Assembly: GCF_004010195.1 (NCBI RefSeq)
Contig: NC_057720.1
Location: 31,662,831 to 31,726,830 of the forward strand
DNA: 64,000 nucleotides
Origin: Chiloscyllium plagiosum
Lineage: Eukaryota
Reading direction: 5' to 3'
The notes under the pieces are model-generated. The model was not told the origin of the DNA. It made no database searches and saw only the letters and a list, made by a program, of their open reading frames with translations. A program made the translations under genes and the position numbers. How positions within the stretch are numbered: position 1 is the first letter of the stretch; each line of letters starts with the position of its first letter. Shown here piece by piece: positions 12,601 through 26,720 of this stretch.

Positions 12601-13756
12601 TATACATGGACTTTAGTAAGGCGTTTGATAAGGTTCCCCGTGGTAAACTAATAGAGAAAGTGAAGTCACATGGTGTGCAGGGTGTTCTAGCTAGGTGGAT
12701 AAAGAACTGGTTGAGCAACAGGAGACAGAGTGTAGTAGCTCAAGGGAGTTCCTTAAAATGGAGAAAGGTGACCAGTGGTATTCCACAGAGGTCAGTGTTG
12801 GGGCCACTGTTGTTTGTGATCTATATAAATGACCTGGAAGAGGGCACTGTTGGTATGATCAGCAAGTTTGCAGGTGACACGAAGATTGGTGGAGTAGCAG
12901 AAAACATAAGGGGCTGTCAAAGAATACAGGAGAGTATAGATAGTCTGGAGAGTTGGGCGGAGAAGTGGCAGATGGAATTTAATCCAGGCAAATGTGAGGT
13001 GATGCATTTTGGGAAGTCTAATTCTAGAGCGAATTAAACAGTAAACGGAAGAGCCTTGGGAAAAGTTGATGAGCAGAGAGATCTGGGAGTTCAGGTCCAT
13101 TGTACCCTGAAGGTTGCTGCACAGGTGGATAGAGTGGTCAAGAAGGCATATGCTTGCCTTCATCGGACGGGGTATTGAGTATAAGAGCTGACATAAATTG
13201 TACAAGACATTGGTTCGGCCGCATTTAGAATACTGTGTACAGTTCTGGTCGCCACATTACCAAAAGGATGTGGACACTTTGGAGAGGGTGCAGGGAAGGT
13301 TTACAAGGATATTGCCTGGTGTGGAAGGTGCTAGCTATGAAGAGAGGTTGAGTAGGTTAGGATTTTGAGGGGGGACCTGATTGAGGTCTACAAAATCTTG
13401 AAGGGTATAGACATGGTAGATAGAGGTAAGCGTTTTGCCCAGGGTGAGAGATTCAGTAATGAGAGGTCACGTTTTCAAGGTGAGAGGTGAAAACTTCAAG
13501 GGGGATACACACGGCAAGTACTTTACACAGAGGGTGGTGGGCATCTGGAACACATGGCCAGCAGAGGAAGTAGAGGCAGGCACAGTAGATTCATTTAAGA
13601 TGGGTCTGGACAGATGCATGAGTAGGGGGGAGCAGACGGATACAGATGCTTAGGAATTGGGCAACAGGTTTAGAGAGTGGATTTGGATTGGCTCAGGCTT
13701 GGAGGGCTGAAGGGCTTGTTCCTGGACTGTAAATTTTCTTTGTTCTTTGTTCTTTA
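9663..13756 (+). mobile_element. Near full-length decayed CR1 LINE (5'UTR, ORF1 zinc finger + SGNH esterase, ORF2 EN-RT, 3' tail)
   Basis: ORF1 ATG at 9926 (CASC..CKTC); VIGDSIVRG and VHIGTND esterase motifs; EN YFNARS..IAITETW near 11200-11310; [26 protein letters not shown]; (TTCTTTG)n tail near 13736-13756. Confidence 0.92.
10050..10255 (-). mobile_element. HER1-type CR1 3' fragment inserted in ORF1 of the long CR1
   Basis: catagagtcatagagatgtacagc... is the reverse of the (ATGACTCT)n tail family. Confidence 0.85.
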
Positions 13757-14294
13757 GTATATTTTTGAAATAAAAAGGATCAGAACTTTGGAGTCCTGTC
13801 ACATTCTGTTTTGAATGGTGGTAGATAATTATATAGTGAACCAGAGAGGGGGGGTTGAGAGAATTCTTCACCAATTGTCGTAACGAGCACAAAAGAAAGT
13901 GGTTGTGGGAAGGTAATAATCTGTTTCATGACATCTCTGTGGGAATTCCTTGTAGCATCTGAGACCGAACCATCTTCATGACTGACCTTCCCTCTATCAT
14001 GTGATCAGAGATGTGAATATTATCTGATCATCATTATGCAGTGTTCAGTATCATTTGAGGCTCCTTGGGTGCTGAAACAATCTGTGTCCATGTGTGGACA
14101 GATTGGGATAAAATCCAAATTTACTGACAAATGGCAAGAAACATTTGTGCCACACATGTGCCAGGTTATGATGGTCTCCAATAAGAGAGAGTCTAGTTAT
14201 CACCTCTTGCCATTCAAAGGCATCACCATTGGAAATAATTCCTCCCTATCAACATCATTGATCAGAAACTGAAATGGGCTAGCCATATAAACAC

Positions 14295-14605
14295 CATCCT
14301 GCCTTCCTTGGTCCAGGGACTAGCCACATCCATTCACAACACCACCCACACCCTCCACCTCCTCCATGACATCAACGTCAGCTTCACTAGTTTCCACAGC
14401 TCCACTCTCCCTACCTCATCCCAGATTCAACTTTCCAAATCAGCACTGTCCTACCTGTCCATTTTCCTTCCCATCTAGCTTATGCCCAAAACATCGACTC
14501 TCTTGCTCCTCAGATACTTCCTGACTTGCTGTGCTTTTCCAGCACCACACATTTCGACTCTGACGCTCCAGCATTCCAGCATCTGCATTCCTCACTTTCT
14601 CCCAG
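14295..14605 (+). mobile_element. Penelope-like fragment (3' terminal region)
   Basis: Shares ...gcccaaaacatcgactc...ctgtgcttttccagcaccac with the other Penelope-derived ends. Confidence 0.6.
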
Positions 14606-14754
14606 TCATATAAATAGCATGGCTAAGCGGAGATAGCAAAGTGGGAATTCTGTGGTGAGTAACTCATCCGTCTCCCCAGAGCTTGTCTGCCACCCACGGG
14701 GCACAGGTTGGGGGTGTGATGGATCGCTCCCCACTTGTTTGGATGAGTGTAGTT

Positions 14755-15212
14755 TAGGAGTTGAGTATAGGAGTTGGGAGGAGATGTTGCAGCTATATAG
14801 GATATTGGTTCATTTTGGAATACTGCATGTAATTCAGGTCTCCCTGCCAAAGGGTGGTTTATGAAATCATGAGGGGCATGGATAAGATGAATAGTCAAGA
14901 TCTTTATCCCAGGGTAGGGGAGCCCAAAACTAGAGGGTATAGAGGGTGAGAGGGGAAAGATTTAAAAGGGATATAAGGGGCAACTTTGTCACGCAGAGGG
15001 TGATGAGGATATGGAATGAGCCGTTGAGGAAGTGGTGGAGGCTGGTACAATTACAGCATTTAAAAGGCATCTGGATGGGTATATGAATACAAAAGGATGT
15101 GGGCAAAATGCTGACAAATGGGACTAAATTAATTTAGGCTATCTGTTCGGCATGGACGAGTTAGATGCTGTTTCCATGCAACGCAATTTTGTGACTTTAT
15201 GATTCTATGACT
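14755..15212 (+). mobile_element. HER1-type CR1 3' fragment with deletions
   Basis: IEYRSWE...KRHLDGYMN homology and 3' tail. Confidence 0.8.
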
Positions 15213-15306
15213 ATAATGGTCAGTTAGGAGCTAGGATTTTGTTGAAATACTTTTGGTTGATGAATGGGCCAGGTTTAGTTCAACTCCTAACATGGCATCA
15301 ATGTGG

Positions 15307-15642
15307 ACTTCACCAGTTTCCTCATTTCTTCTCTCCCCACCTTACCCCAGGTCCAACATTCCAGCTTAGCACCGTCCTCATGACCTATCCTACCTGTCAA
15401 TCTTCCTTCCCACCTGTCCGCTCCACCCTCCCCTCTGACCTATCACCATTGCCCCCATCTCCATCCACCTATTGTACTCTCAGCTACCTTTCCCCCAGCC
15501 CCACCCCCTTCCCATTTATCTCTCCACTCCCAAGGCTCCCAGCCTTAGTCCTGATGAAGGGCTTTTGCCCGAAACGTCAATTTTCCTGCTCCTTGGATGC
15601 TGCCTGACCTGCTGTGCTTTTCCAGCACCATTCTAATCTTAG
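15307..15642 (+). mobile_element. Penelope-derived 3' segment with hammerhead motif (15547-15580)
   Basis: CUGAUGA-A-GGGC(UUUU)GCCC-GAAAC-GUC with the same flanks as 3871-4092. Confidence 0.78.
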
Positions 15643-16166
15643 TTCTAACTCCTGGCTGCTGTTTCAAAGTTCAGACTACATTGTAAAACCTTTCATTACT
15701 GTCTTCTGACAACATGGCAGCATTAATGTTTAAATACATTTTATTGTCAACATTTGGAAACATCTGACAGAGGCAATTTCAATGCAGCCACTATTCTTAA
15801 TGAAAAATAATCCAATCCTAATGCTCAGAAACTACCAGCTGATCTATTGCTTGGAACAGATCCAATTCCTCCCTTACCAGACCAAGTGTAAGTGATCATT
15901 AGGCATTTCTTTTCTTGAGAAATGGTCCCATTAACGTGTTGCCAGCTGCACATCATTGTTCAATGGGTGAGAGACCAGATGAGAATGTTAAGTGTATCAT
16001 ACACTGAAATTGTATTCTGAATGCATTAAATTACATGGACTCAACAGTTTGAGAAGAATGCTCACCTATATTGCCTCAAGGTTAAAAACTCAGGGTGGGC
16101 AATAAATGATGGTCTTGCAAGCAATTCCCACATCATGGCGTTGAGGTCAAACAAAAATTCAACACA

Positions 16167-16833
16167 TTGAAAGTAGAGTCGCAGGTAGATAGGATAGTGA
16201 AGAAAGTGTTTGGTATGCTTTCCTTTATTGGTCAGAGCATTGAGTGCAGGAGTTGGGAGGTCATATTGCAGCTGTATAGGAAATTTGTTAGGCCACTTTT
16301 GGAATATTGCGTGCAATTCTGGTCTCCTTCCTATCGGAAGGATGTTATGAAACTTGAAAGGGTTCAGAAAAGATTGACAAGGGGTTGGAGGATTTGAGCT
16401 ACATAGAGAGGCTGAATATGTTGGGGCTGTTTTCCTGCAGTGTCGAAGGCAGAGGGATGACCTCAAAGGAGTTTTTTAAAATTATGAGGGGCATGGATAT
16501 GATAAATAGACAAAGTCATTTCCCTGAGGTGGGGGAGTCCAGAACGAGAGGGCATAGATTTAGGATGAGAGGGGTAAGATATAAAAGGGACCTAAGGGGC
16601 AACTTTTTCACGCAGAGGGTGGTACGTGTATGGAATGTGCTGCCAGAGGAAGTGGTGGAGATTGGTACAATTGCAACATTTAAAAGGCATTTGGATGGGT
16701 ATATGAATAGGAAGGGTTTGGAGGGATACAGGCCGGGTGCTGGCAAATGGAATTAGATTAGGTCGGGATACTTGGTCGGCATGGATGAGTGGACTGAAGG
16801 GTCTGTTTCCGTGCTGTACATTTCTATGACTCT
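16167..16833 (+). mobile_element. HER1-type CR1 3' fragment
   Basis: VRPLLEYCVQFWSP and TRGHRFR...RVWN motifs; ctatgactcta tail. Confidence 0.88.
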
Positions 16834-17344
16834 ATTTAATAATTAATCTATAAATGTGTTACTCCTTGTTTGATGTGGTAGAATCGGATCAATGTTTAGC
16901 ATTGAATCTGCACAGGGCCAACTAAGAGCGGAATTTGAATTATCCCATGCAACTTAGATGATAGCAAATTATCTAATGGCTTGACTGTAGTTGCAAAATT
17001 ATATATTTGAATCCTTTGTCAAGGTTGATCTAGCCTTCTAGGTGAGAAGGTTGAAGAAGTCAATAGCATTGATTTTTAAACATAACCAAGAAATTCCAGA
17101 ATGGTACAGCAGAGGAGACCATTTGGCCTATCATGCCTGTATGAACTCTTTGAGAAAGCTATCCAATTTATTCTACTCCTCTGGTCTTTTCCAATGGTCC
17201 TGCATTTTCCCTTTCAAGTACATACTGAATTAGTAATTGAAATTACTACTTCCACGACCCCTTCAGGCAGGCATTCCAGATCATAACAACTCACTACGTT
17301 AAAACAAAACGTCAGCTCACCTTGATTTCTTTCACCAATTACAA

Positions 17345-19590
17345 CATAGAAACATAGAAACCAAGAACAGAACAAAGCCATTTAACCCTTTCAGCCAGCT
17401 CTTCCATCTATTACAACCATGGCCAATCATCCAACTCAACAACCTGTTCCTGCTTTACCCCCAGACCCTTGATTCCTCTAGCTCCAAGTGCTAGATCCAA
17501 TTCCTTATTGAAATCATAACAATCTTTTGGACTTGACTTTTTAAAAATTCATTTGTGGGATGTGGGCATTGCTGGCTAGACCAGAATTTATTGCTTGTCC
17601 CTAACTGCCCTTGAGAAGCTGATGGTGAGCTGCCTTCTTGAACCACCGCAGTCCACGTGCTGTAGGATGACCCACAATGTTGTTCAGGAGGGACTTCCAG
17701 GATTTAGATCCAGCGACAGTGAAGGAATGGTGATATATTTCCAAATTAGGATGGTGAATGGCTTGGAAGGAAACATGCAGGTGGTGGTGTTCCCAGGAAT
17801 TGTGACATTGGTGTCCAGAACATTGTCTACCACCTACTGCTTTCTGTGATAACAAGTTCCACAGGTTCACCACTCTCTGGGTGAAGAAATTTCCCCTTAT
17901 CTTAGTCCTAAGCGACTTGCGTGTATTCTGAGACTGTGACCCCTAGTTCTGGACTCTTCCTGCCATTGGGAGTATCCTTCCTGCATCTACCTTGTTTAAG
18001 ATTGTGAGGACAGATGGATTGATAAGATGGTATCTTTTGATCACTGACCTTCCTGCCAATGAAGAAAAAAATCTGTGCAATTCACTCTGATCAGAGAGTC
18101 ATGGAATTTTGCAGCATGGGAAGAGGCCCTTTGGCCTACTGTGTCTATACCAGTCATTAAACACCTCTCTACTCTAGTCCCATTTTCCAACCGCTGGCCT
18201 ACAGCCTTATGTGCTATCCTATTTCAAGCATTTGTCTAAACACTTCTTAAATGCTGTGATGGTTCTTGCCTCTGCCATCCTTTCAGGCCATGGGTTTCAA
18301 ATGCCCAGTATCCATTGGATGAAAAAAAACTTCTTTAAATCCCATCTAAACCTCCCATCTCTTACCTTAAACATAGGCGCCTAAAATTATTGACCCTTCT
18401 ACAAAGGGAAAAAAGTTTCTTTCTATCTACCTTATCTCTTCCCCTTCAATCAGGCCTTGCCTCAGCCTTGTCTACTCTAAGAAAAATAACTCTAGTCCAT
18501 CTTGTCTCACTTCATAGTTGAAACAATCCAGCCCAGGCAATATCTTGGTGAATCTGTACTACACCTTCTCAAGAGCAATCACATCCCTCCTATAGGGTGG
18601 TGACTGGATGCATTAACATTAAATACAGCTCTGTCATAAACTCCTAAATTTTATATTCAATGCCTCAACTATTAAAGGCAATCTGCCTTCTTAACTACCT
18701 TGTCCACCTGTCCTCTTGCTCTCAATGATCTGTGGACATGTACATCAAGGTCCCTCTGATCTATTGTGAAAAAGTCAATTTGTTATAGTCCTATCAGACC
18801 ATAGGGCCACTCTCTCATTAGAGAAAGACGGCTGGTGGTGGTTTAACTTGATGGTCGCCACACCTCAGGCAAGGGGGAGGTTGAGAAAGAGAATCCTTCA
18901 TGTAACATCAAACAGTGTGGGAATTGAACCCATGCTGTTAGTATTACTTTCATTACAAAGCAGCTGTCCAACTAACTGACCCCTGACTTCCTCAGGTCCT
19001 ACTATTGCAAGTGGAATACCTTATCTTGTTAATCTTCCCAAAATGCATCACCTCACACTTTTCCAGATGAAATTCCATGTTCCATTGTTCAGTCTGTTTG
19101 ACCAGTCTGTCTATATTGCCCTGTTGACAGTGTGTGCTAGAAGAGCACAGTTGGTCAGGCAGCATCTGAGGAGCAGGAGAGTCGACGTTTCGGGCATAAG
19201 CCCTTAATCAGGAATTGCCTTGTTATCTAAGGCAGTCCTCCTCATTATTTAGCACACCATCAATTTTCCTATGATTTGGAAACTTACTAATCATACCTCC
19301 TACAATCATGTCTTGATCATGAGTGTACAATACAAACGGTAAGAGTCCAAACCCTGCAGAATATCATTAGACATGGATTTCTGCTCACAAACACAACCTT
19401 TGAACATCACATTCTGCCTCCTTCCACAAGCTGAAGTTGGATCTAAATTGTCAAAATGTCATGGATCCTTCCATGTGAAACCCTAACTGGAGTCCATGTA
19501 GATTATATCAACGGCACTAAGGTCATCTACACACCAAGTAACCTCCTTGAAACACTCAATCAAACCTATCAGATATGATCACTTTGTAAT
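17345..19590 (-). mobile_element. Cluster of nested decayed CR1/L2-group LINE fragments with SINE and Penelope inserts
   Basis: Several reverse CR1 3' ends and RT motifs; tRNA-SINE-like piece at about 18780-18980; Penelope insert 19126-19213 with TSD ATTGCC(C/T)TGTT. Confidence 0.65.
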
Positions 19591-20519
19591 CTCTCAAACC
19601 TGGCTAAGTTGCTACAAGATTATATATCTGACTCCTTGAAATAAACAATCAGTTTGAACTCTGGATCCGGGAGGATCAAAACACCTTATTCTGCTCATGT
19701 ACATTGTGACATTTATATGTACCTAGCTCAAATAAATTACCAAATGATGAGCAGAAAATAAATTCTGGAACAGTTGCCCTCCAAATAATATATTGGCCCA
19801 TATTTTGTGGTTTGAAGCTCAGTGAGGATATCAGTGCTTACAGTTATTAAGGTGTAAATCAGCCAGTAACTTCTGTCATCTGTACGTGCGCAGTGAAACA
19901 CAGAAATCAGCATGTTGTTGTCTTACTTATCCTGCTTCTCCATAAATTTTGCTACCCCAATACCTTGCACAGGGACTCAGTATTTAAACATGTGAAGATT
20001 ATGAAATTGTGCTAATTGCCCAGCAGTTCCATGCTAAAAACAACAGTACTTTAACACCTTTGGCAATGAAAACACAATTTTATAAGTGTGAAATGTCAGT
20101 CCATGAGATTGTAATTAATGTTGGAGATTTTAAAGAAATTAGAGTTCATTTTATGTTTACGTGCATTTTTTTTGTCACCGTTAATCCCATTTTTCCTTTC
20201 TCTCTTTCATAATAACATAGAAAACAGGAGCGGGATTTGGCCATTCAAACCTTTGAACACGCCTCACCATTCAATGAGATCACAGCTGATCTTCACTTCC
20301 AGATATCCCCATATCCCATGATGTTTTTAAATGAGTAGAAATCTATCAGTCTCAAATATACTCAACAACTGAGCCTCCAAAAGTCATCTGAGGCAGAGAA
20401 TTCCAAAGATTCACCCACCCTGTGATGAAGAAATTCTTCCTCGTCTCAAATCTGGATGGCCTGCTCCTTATTCCGAGGTTGTGATGCCTGATGTTTTGCA
20501 GAATCCCTCCAACATGGAA

Positions 20520-22134
20520 GTCATGGTTTGGAGATGCTGGAGTTGGACTGTATAAAGTTAAAAATCACACAACACCAGGTTATAGTCCAACAGGTTTATT
20601 TGGAAGCACTAGCTTTCGGAGCACTGCTCCTTCATTGGGTGGTTGTAGAGTATAAGAATGTAAACACAGAATTTATAGCAAACGTTTGCAGTGTGATGCA
20701 ACTGAAATTTTATACAGTATTGAGAAAGACCTGGATTGTTTGTTAAGTCTCTCATCTTTTAGAATGACCATGTTGGTGTCACTTCTTTCATGTGCAAACC
20801 CCAGAACATTTTTAAAAAGTTACATTCTCAAGTGAACTATAACAATAGGTGCCATGTCATCTCAGATAATGCACTGAAAGTTTGAGGTGCCCTGTGTGCT
20901 GTCTGTGCCCCACAGTGATGACATCATGGCAACAGCCTCAGTACTCAACACCAACAACTGGCAATCTCCGAGCACCATCCTACAACTCGTCCGCTTTGTC
21001 CTCGACCTCAACGTTTTCACCTTTGACAACCAGTTCTTCATCCAGACACAAGGAGCAGACACGGGGACTCCACTATGCCAATATTTTCATGCACAGTTCA
21101 AACAAGACTTCTTCTCTACACAGGACTCTAACCAACTTGATACACCAGGTACATTGACGACATTTTCTTCCTCTGGACCCATGACGAGGAGTCACTGAAA
21201 CAACTACACAGTGATATCAAGGAGTTTCATCCTATTATCAAACTTATCATGGACTACTCTTTAGTATCTGTCTCATTCTTGGACACATGCATCTCCATTA
21301 AGGATGGGCACCTCAGCACCTCACTCTATCTCAAACCTACGGATAACCTCACGATGCTACATTTCTCCAGCTTCTACCTGAAAAAGTTAAAACAGCCATC
21401 CCCTATGGACAAGCCCTCTGCAAACACAGAATCTGTTCAAATGAGGAGGAAAGTGACAGGCACTTGGAAGTACTCAAAGATACCCTCATAAGAATGGGGT
21501 ACGATGGTCAACTCATCGATCACCAGTTCTGACGGAACACAACAAGAAACTGTAAAGACCTCCTCAGGAGACAGACAAGAGCTGCAACTGACAGGGTACG
21601 CTTCATTGTCCAGTACTTCGCAGGAGCCGAAAAATGATGCTAGGCTGCAACATATTATCAATGAGGATGAGCACCTTGCCAAGACCTTCTCCACACCTCC
21701 ACATTTTGCCTTTAAACAACCATCAAACCTCAAACAGGTCAGTGTTCGCAACAAACTGCCCAGCTTTCAGGACAACACCATACAACGTTGTCACGACAGG
21801 CGTTGCAACACGTGTCAGAATGTCGACGCGGATACCACCATTACACGTGGGGACACTTCTCACCATCTATGTGGCAGGTACTGATGTGACTCAGTCAATG
21901 TTGTCAATCTCATGCGCTCCAGACAAGGATGCCCTGAGGCATGATACATTGGCGAGATTGAGCAGAAGCGACAGCAACAGATGAATGGACACTGCACAAC
22001 AATCAATAAACAGGAGTGTTACCTCCCAGTCGAAGAACACATCAGCGGTCTGGGTCTCTTGACCTCGGATCTTCATGTGACTGTCCTCTTAGGTAGACTT
22101 CAGGACAGGCAACACCACAAAGTAGTCAAGCAGA
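20520..22134 (+). mobile_element. Penelope-like element (YIDD-type RT + GIY-YIG endonuclease) preceded by an inverted terminal segment
   Basis: FTFDNQFFIQTQG, YANIFM, RYIDDIF, VSFLDT..STSLYLKPTD, CHDRRCNTC and YIGE motifs, frameshifted. 20520-20880 is an inverted copy of the family's 3' terminus (compare 26100-26720). Confidence 0.85.
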
Positions 22135-23996
22135 GTCATAGAGATGTATAGCACAGAAACAGACCCTTCCATCCAACTCATCCATGCCAACCAGATATCC
22201 CAACCCAATCTAATCCCACCTGCCAGCACTCAGCCCATATCCCTCCAAACCCTTCCTATTCATATGCCCATCCAGATGTCTTTTAAATGTTGCAATCATA
22301 CTAGCTCCCACCACTTCCCATGGCAACTCATTCCATACACGTACCACCCTGTGTGAAAAAGCTGTCCCTTTAGTCCCTTTTATATCCTTCCCCTCTCACC
22401 CTAAACCTATGCCCTCTAGTTCTGGATTCGTCCACCCCAGGGAAGAGACTTTGTCTATTTGTTCTATCCATGCCCCTCATGATTTTGTAAACCTCTATAA
22501 GGTCGCCCCTCAGCCTCTCTCTATAGCTCAAATCCTCCAACCCTGGCAACATCCTTGTAAATCTTTCTGAATCCTTTCTGGAAGGAGACCAGAATTGTAT
22601 GCAATATTCCAACAGTTGCCTAACCAATGTCCTGTACAGCCGCAACATGACCACCCAACTCCTGTACTCAATACTCTGACCAATAAAGGAAAGCATACCA
22701 AATGCCTTCTTCACTATCCTATCTACCTGTGACTCCACTTTCAAGGAGTTATGAACCTGCATTCCAAGGTCTCTTTGTTCAGCAACACTCCCTAGGACCT
22801 CACCATTAAGTGTATAAGTCCTGCTTTGATTTGGTTTCCCAAAATTCAGCACCTCGCATTTATCTAAATTAAACTCCATGTGCCACTCCTCAGCCCATTA
22901 GCCCATCTAATCAAGATCCTGTTGTAATCTGAGGTAATCTTCTTTGCTGTCCACTCTACCTCAAATTATGGTGTCATCTGCAAATTTGCTAACTATACCT
23001 CTTATGCTCAAATCCAAATCATTTATATAAATGACAAAAAGTAGTGGACCCAGCACTGATCCTTGTGGATCAGGCCACTGGTCACAGGCCTCCAGTCTGA
23101 AAAACAGCCCTCCTCCACCACCCTCTGTCTTCTACCTTCCAGCCAGTTCTGTTTCTAAATGGTTAGTTCTCCCTGTATTCCATGAGATCTAACCTTGCTA
23201 ACCAGTCTCCCATGGGGAACCTTGTCAAATACCTTACTGAAGGCAAATAGATCACGTCCACAGCTCTGCCCTAATCAATTCTCTTTGTTATTTCTTCAAA
23301 AAGCTCAATCAGATTAATGAGACATGATTTCCCACACACAAAGCAATGCTGACTATCCCTAATCAGTCCTTGCCTTTCCAAATACATGTACATCCTGTCT
23401 CTCATGATTCCCTCCGACAACTTGCCCACCACCGAGGTCAGGCTCACTGGTCTGTAGTTCCCTGGCTTGTCCTTACTAACTTTCTTAAACAATGGCACCA
23501 CAATAGCCAATCACCCATCTTCCAGCACCTCACCTGTGACTATTGATGATACAAATATCTCAGCAAGGGGCCCAGCAATCACTTCTCTACCTTCCCACAG
23601 AGTTCTAAGGTACACATGATCAGGTCCTGGGGATTGATCCACTTTTTGTGTTTCAAGACATGCAGCACTTCCTCCTCTGTAATACAGACATTTTTTCAAG
23701 ATGTCACCATCTATTTCCCTACATTCTATATCTTCCATGTCCTTTTCCACAAAAAACACTGATGCAAAATACTCATTTAGTATCTCCCTCATCTCCTGCG
23801 ACTCCACACAAAGGCTGCCTTACTGATCTTTGAGGGGCCCTATTCGCTCCCTAGTTACCCTTTCATTCTTAATGTATTTGTAAAAACACTTTGCATTCTC
23901 TTTAACTCGATTTGCCAAAGCTATCTCATGTCCCTTTTTTGCCCTCATGATTTCCCTCTTAAGTAGACTCCTACTGTCTTTATTCTCTCCTAAGGA
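22135..23996 (-). mobile_element. HER1-type CR1 ORF2 3' half
   Basis: Multiple ORFs with PLFKK..PGNYRPVSLTSVVGK and MEFNLDKCEV motifs. Confidence 0.9.
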
Positions 23997-23997
23997 C

Positions 23998-25585
23998 TTA
24001 GAACATAGAACATAGAACAATACAGTGCAGAACAGGCCCTTCAGCCCTCGATGTTGCAATGACCTGTGAACTATTCTCAGCTCGTCCTCCAACACTATCC
24101 CATCATCATCCGTGTGCTTATCTAAGGATTGTTTAAGTCTCCCTAATGTGGCTGAGTTGACAACATTAGCAGGCAGGGCATTCCACACCCTTACCACTCT
24201 CTGCGTAAAGATTAGATTAAATTAGATTACTTACACAGTGTGGAAACAGGCCTTTCGACCCAACAAGTCCACACTTACCCTCCGAAGAGCAATTCTTCTG
24301 GGATTTTTGAGGATGTAACTCTGAAGATGGACAAGGGAGATCCAGTGGATGTAGTGTACCTGGACTTTCAGAAAGCCTTTGATAAAGTCCCACATAGAAG
24401 CTTAGTGAGCAAAATTAGGGCACATGGTATTGGGGGCAAAATACTGACTTGGATTGAAAATTGTTTGGCTGACAGGAAACAAAGAGTAGTGATAAACAGC
24501 TCCCTTTCAGATTGGCAGGCGGTGACCAATGGGGTACCGCAGGGATCAGTGTTGGGACCGCAGCTTTTTACAATATACATTAATGATATAGATGATGGTA
24601 TTAAAAGTAATATTAGCAAATTTGCTGATGATACAAAGCTGGGTGGCAGGGTGAAATGTGAGGAAGATGTTAGGAGATTACAGGGACAGGCTAGGTGAGT
24701 GGACAGATGCACGGCAGATGCAGTTTAATGTGGACAAATGTATGGTTATCCACTTTGGTGGCAAGAACAGGAAGGCAGATTACTACCTAAATGGAGTCAA
24801 GTTAGGTACAGGGGCAGTACAACGAGATCTAGGTGTTCTTGTACATCAGTCAATGAAAGCAAGCATGCAGGTACAGCAGACAGTGAAGAAAGCTAATAGC
24901 ATGCTGGCCTTCATAACAAGAGGAATTGAGNNNNNNNNNNNNNNNNNNNNNNNNNNNNNNNNNNNNNNNNNNNNNNNNNNNNNNNNNNNNNNNNNNNNNN
25001 NNNNNNNNNNNNNNNNNNNNNNNNNNNNNNNNNNNNNNNNNNNNNNNNNNNNNNNNNNNNNNNNNNNNNNNNNNNNNNNNNNNNNNNNNNNNNNNNNNNN
25101 NNNNNNNNNNNNNNNNNNNNNNNNNNNNNNNNNNNNNNNNNNNNNNNNNNNNNNNNNNNNNNNNNNNNNNNNNNNNNNNNNNNNNNNNNNNNNNNNNNNN
25201 NNNNNNNNNNNNNNNNNNNNNNNNNNNNNNNNNNNNNNNCGACCCGCCGAAGCACAACCCACCCAGACCCATTCCCCTATATTTACCCCTGCACCTAACA
25301 CTACAGGCAATTTAGCATTTTTGGACTGTGGGAGGAAACCAGAGCACCCAGAGGAAACCCACGCAGACATGGGGAGGATGTGAAACTCCACACAGACACT
25401 GTTGCCTGAGGCAGGAATTGAACCCGGGTCTCTGGTGCTGTGAGGCAGCAGTGCTAACCACTGAGCCACCGTGCTGCCATAAAGAACCTGCCTCTGATGT
25501 CGTCTTAAATCTATCACCCCTCAGTTTGTAGTTATGTCCCCTCGTACAAGCTGACTTCATCATCCTCGGAAAAAGAGTTTCACTT
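23998..25585. mobile_element. Nested CR1 3' end (-) containing an HE1-type SINE (-, 24211-25478), itself interrupted by a CR1 RT fragment (+, 24292-24930) and an assembly gap
   Basis: TSD TAAAGA at 24206 and 25480; RT YLDFQKAFDKV..KFADDTKL. Confidence 0.75.
24931..25239. other. Assembly gap (309 N)
   Basis: Run of N. Confidence 1.
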
Positions 25586-26099
25586 TAAAAGCAAAAGGAT
25601 GAGATTCATCAGGAGCCAGGGACTTGTTGGCCCTTCCTTCCATTTCTTGCTTCTCAACTGTTTCTGACATCCTCTATTTGGAAGCTAATGCAAACGATCT
25701 GTTCAATTCATTTGCCACTCCTTATTTCACATTATTAATTCCCCAGGCTCATTTTACAATAGGACCAACATTTGCATTGTTAACAATTTTAAATATCTTT
25801 CAAAGCTCTACTATGCATTTTGGTATGTCTAACTCGCTTTCTCATGAATTCTAACTTTTCAAAATTATTTTTTTAGATTCTTTGCTGCATTTTATATTTG
25901 GTCTAATCTTCTGACTGCACCCATCTGTTTCCAAGTCAAGATGATGAGTGGCTTGATGGGAAACTTGGGAATAGTGATGCTTCCCTGTTTCTGCTTCCCT
26001 TGTCCTTCTAAATGGTAATGGTCATGGGTTTGGAAGGTGCTGCTAACACTGGTGAATTTCTGCAGTGGATCTTCGAAATGGCACACACTGCTGCTGAGG

Positions 26100-26720
26100 T
26101 GGCCTCTGAAATACACAACATTCAGAATTGCCAAGCAAAAACTGATAGCCAAGTTCCATACACATGAAGATAGCCTCAACTGTGATCTTGGGTTCATGTT
26201 GTGCTACATGTGATCCCACCATACCGTTCTGTAAAATCTTCCTTACTGAACTGTTTTGACACCATCATGTTGATAAATTGTTATGATCTCTCTACCCTAA
26301 TTAGTTTGCACAGTTTTCGATTACATGCTACTTTGGTTAGACTCTCAGCATGCAACTCTTATACCTTGCATGTTATTCCAGTCTCCAGCACCACCTTATA
26401 ATTATCTCTCTGCCTCAAGTAATCGGATTACAGGTATCCCTTTGCTTGTTATTCAGCTGTTGACACTTTACTCTCACAGTTTGACACTCTTGATCACCTG
26501 CAGAGACCTATTATCCAGCCTGTCAACACTCCACTCAAACCATTTGAATGATATCTTGATCTGTTTAAAAAATCTGTGCCTGAATACTCTCTTCACTTGA
26601 CAAAACAGCAGCACATCGAAAGCTTGTGATTTCAAATAAACCTGTTGGACTATAACCTGGTATCATGTGACTTTTGACCTTGTCCATCCCAGTCCAACAC
26701 CGTCATCTCTACATCATGAC
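26100..26720 (+). mobile_element. Penelope-like 3' terminal segment
   Basis: Ends caaataaacctgttggactataacctgg..., the reverse complement of 20520-20640. Confidence 0.75.

Noticed and set aside
24658..25517. Long ORFs containing X runs
   Set aside because: Artefacts of translating through the N gap.
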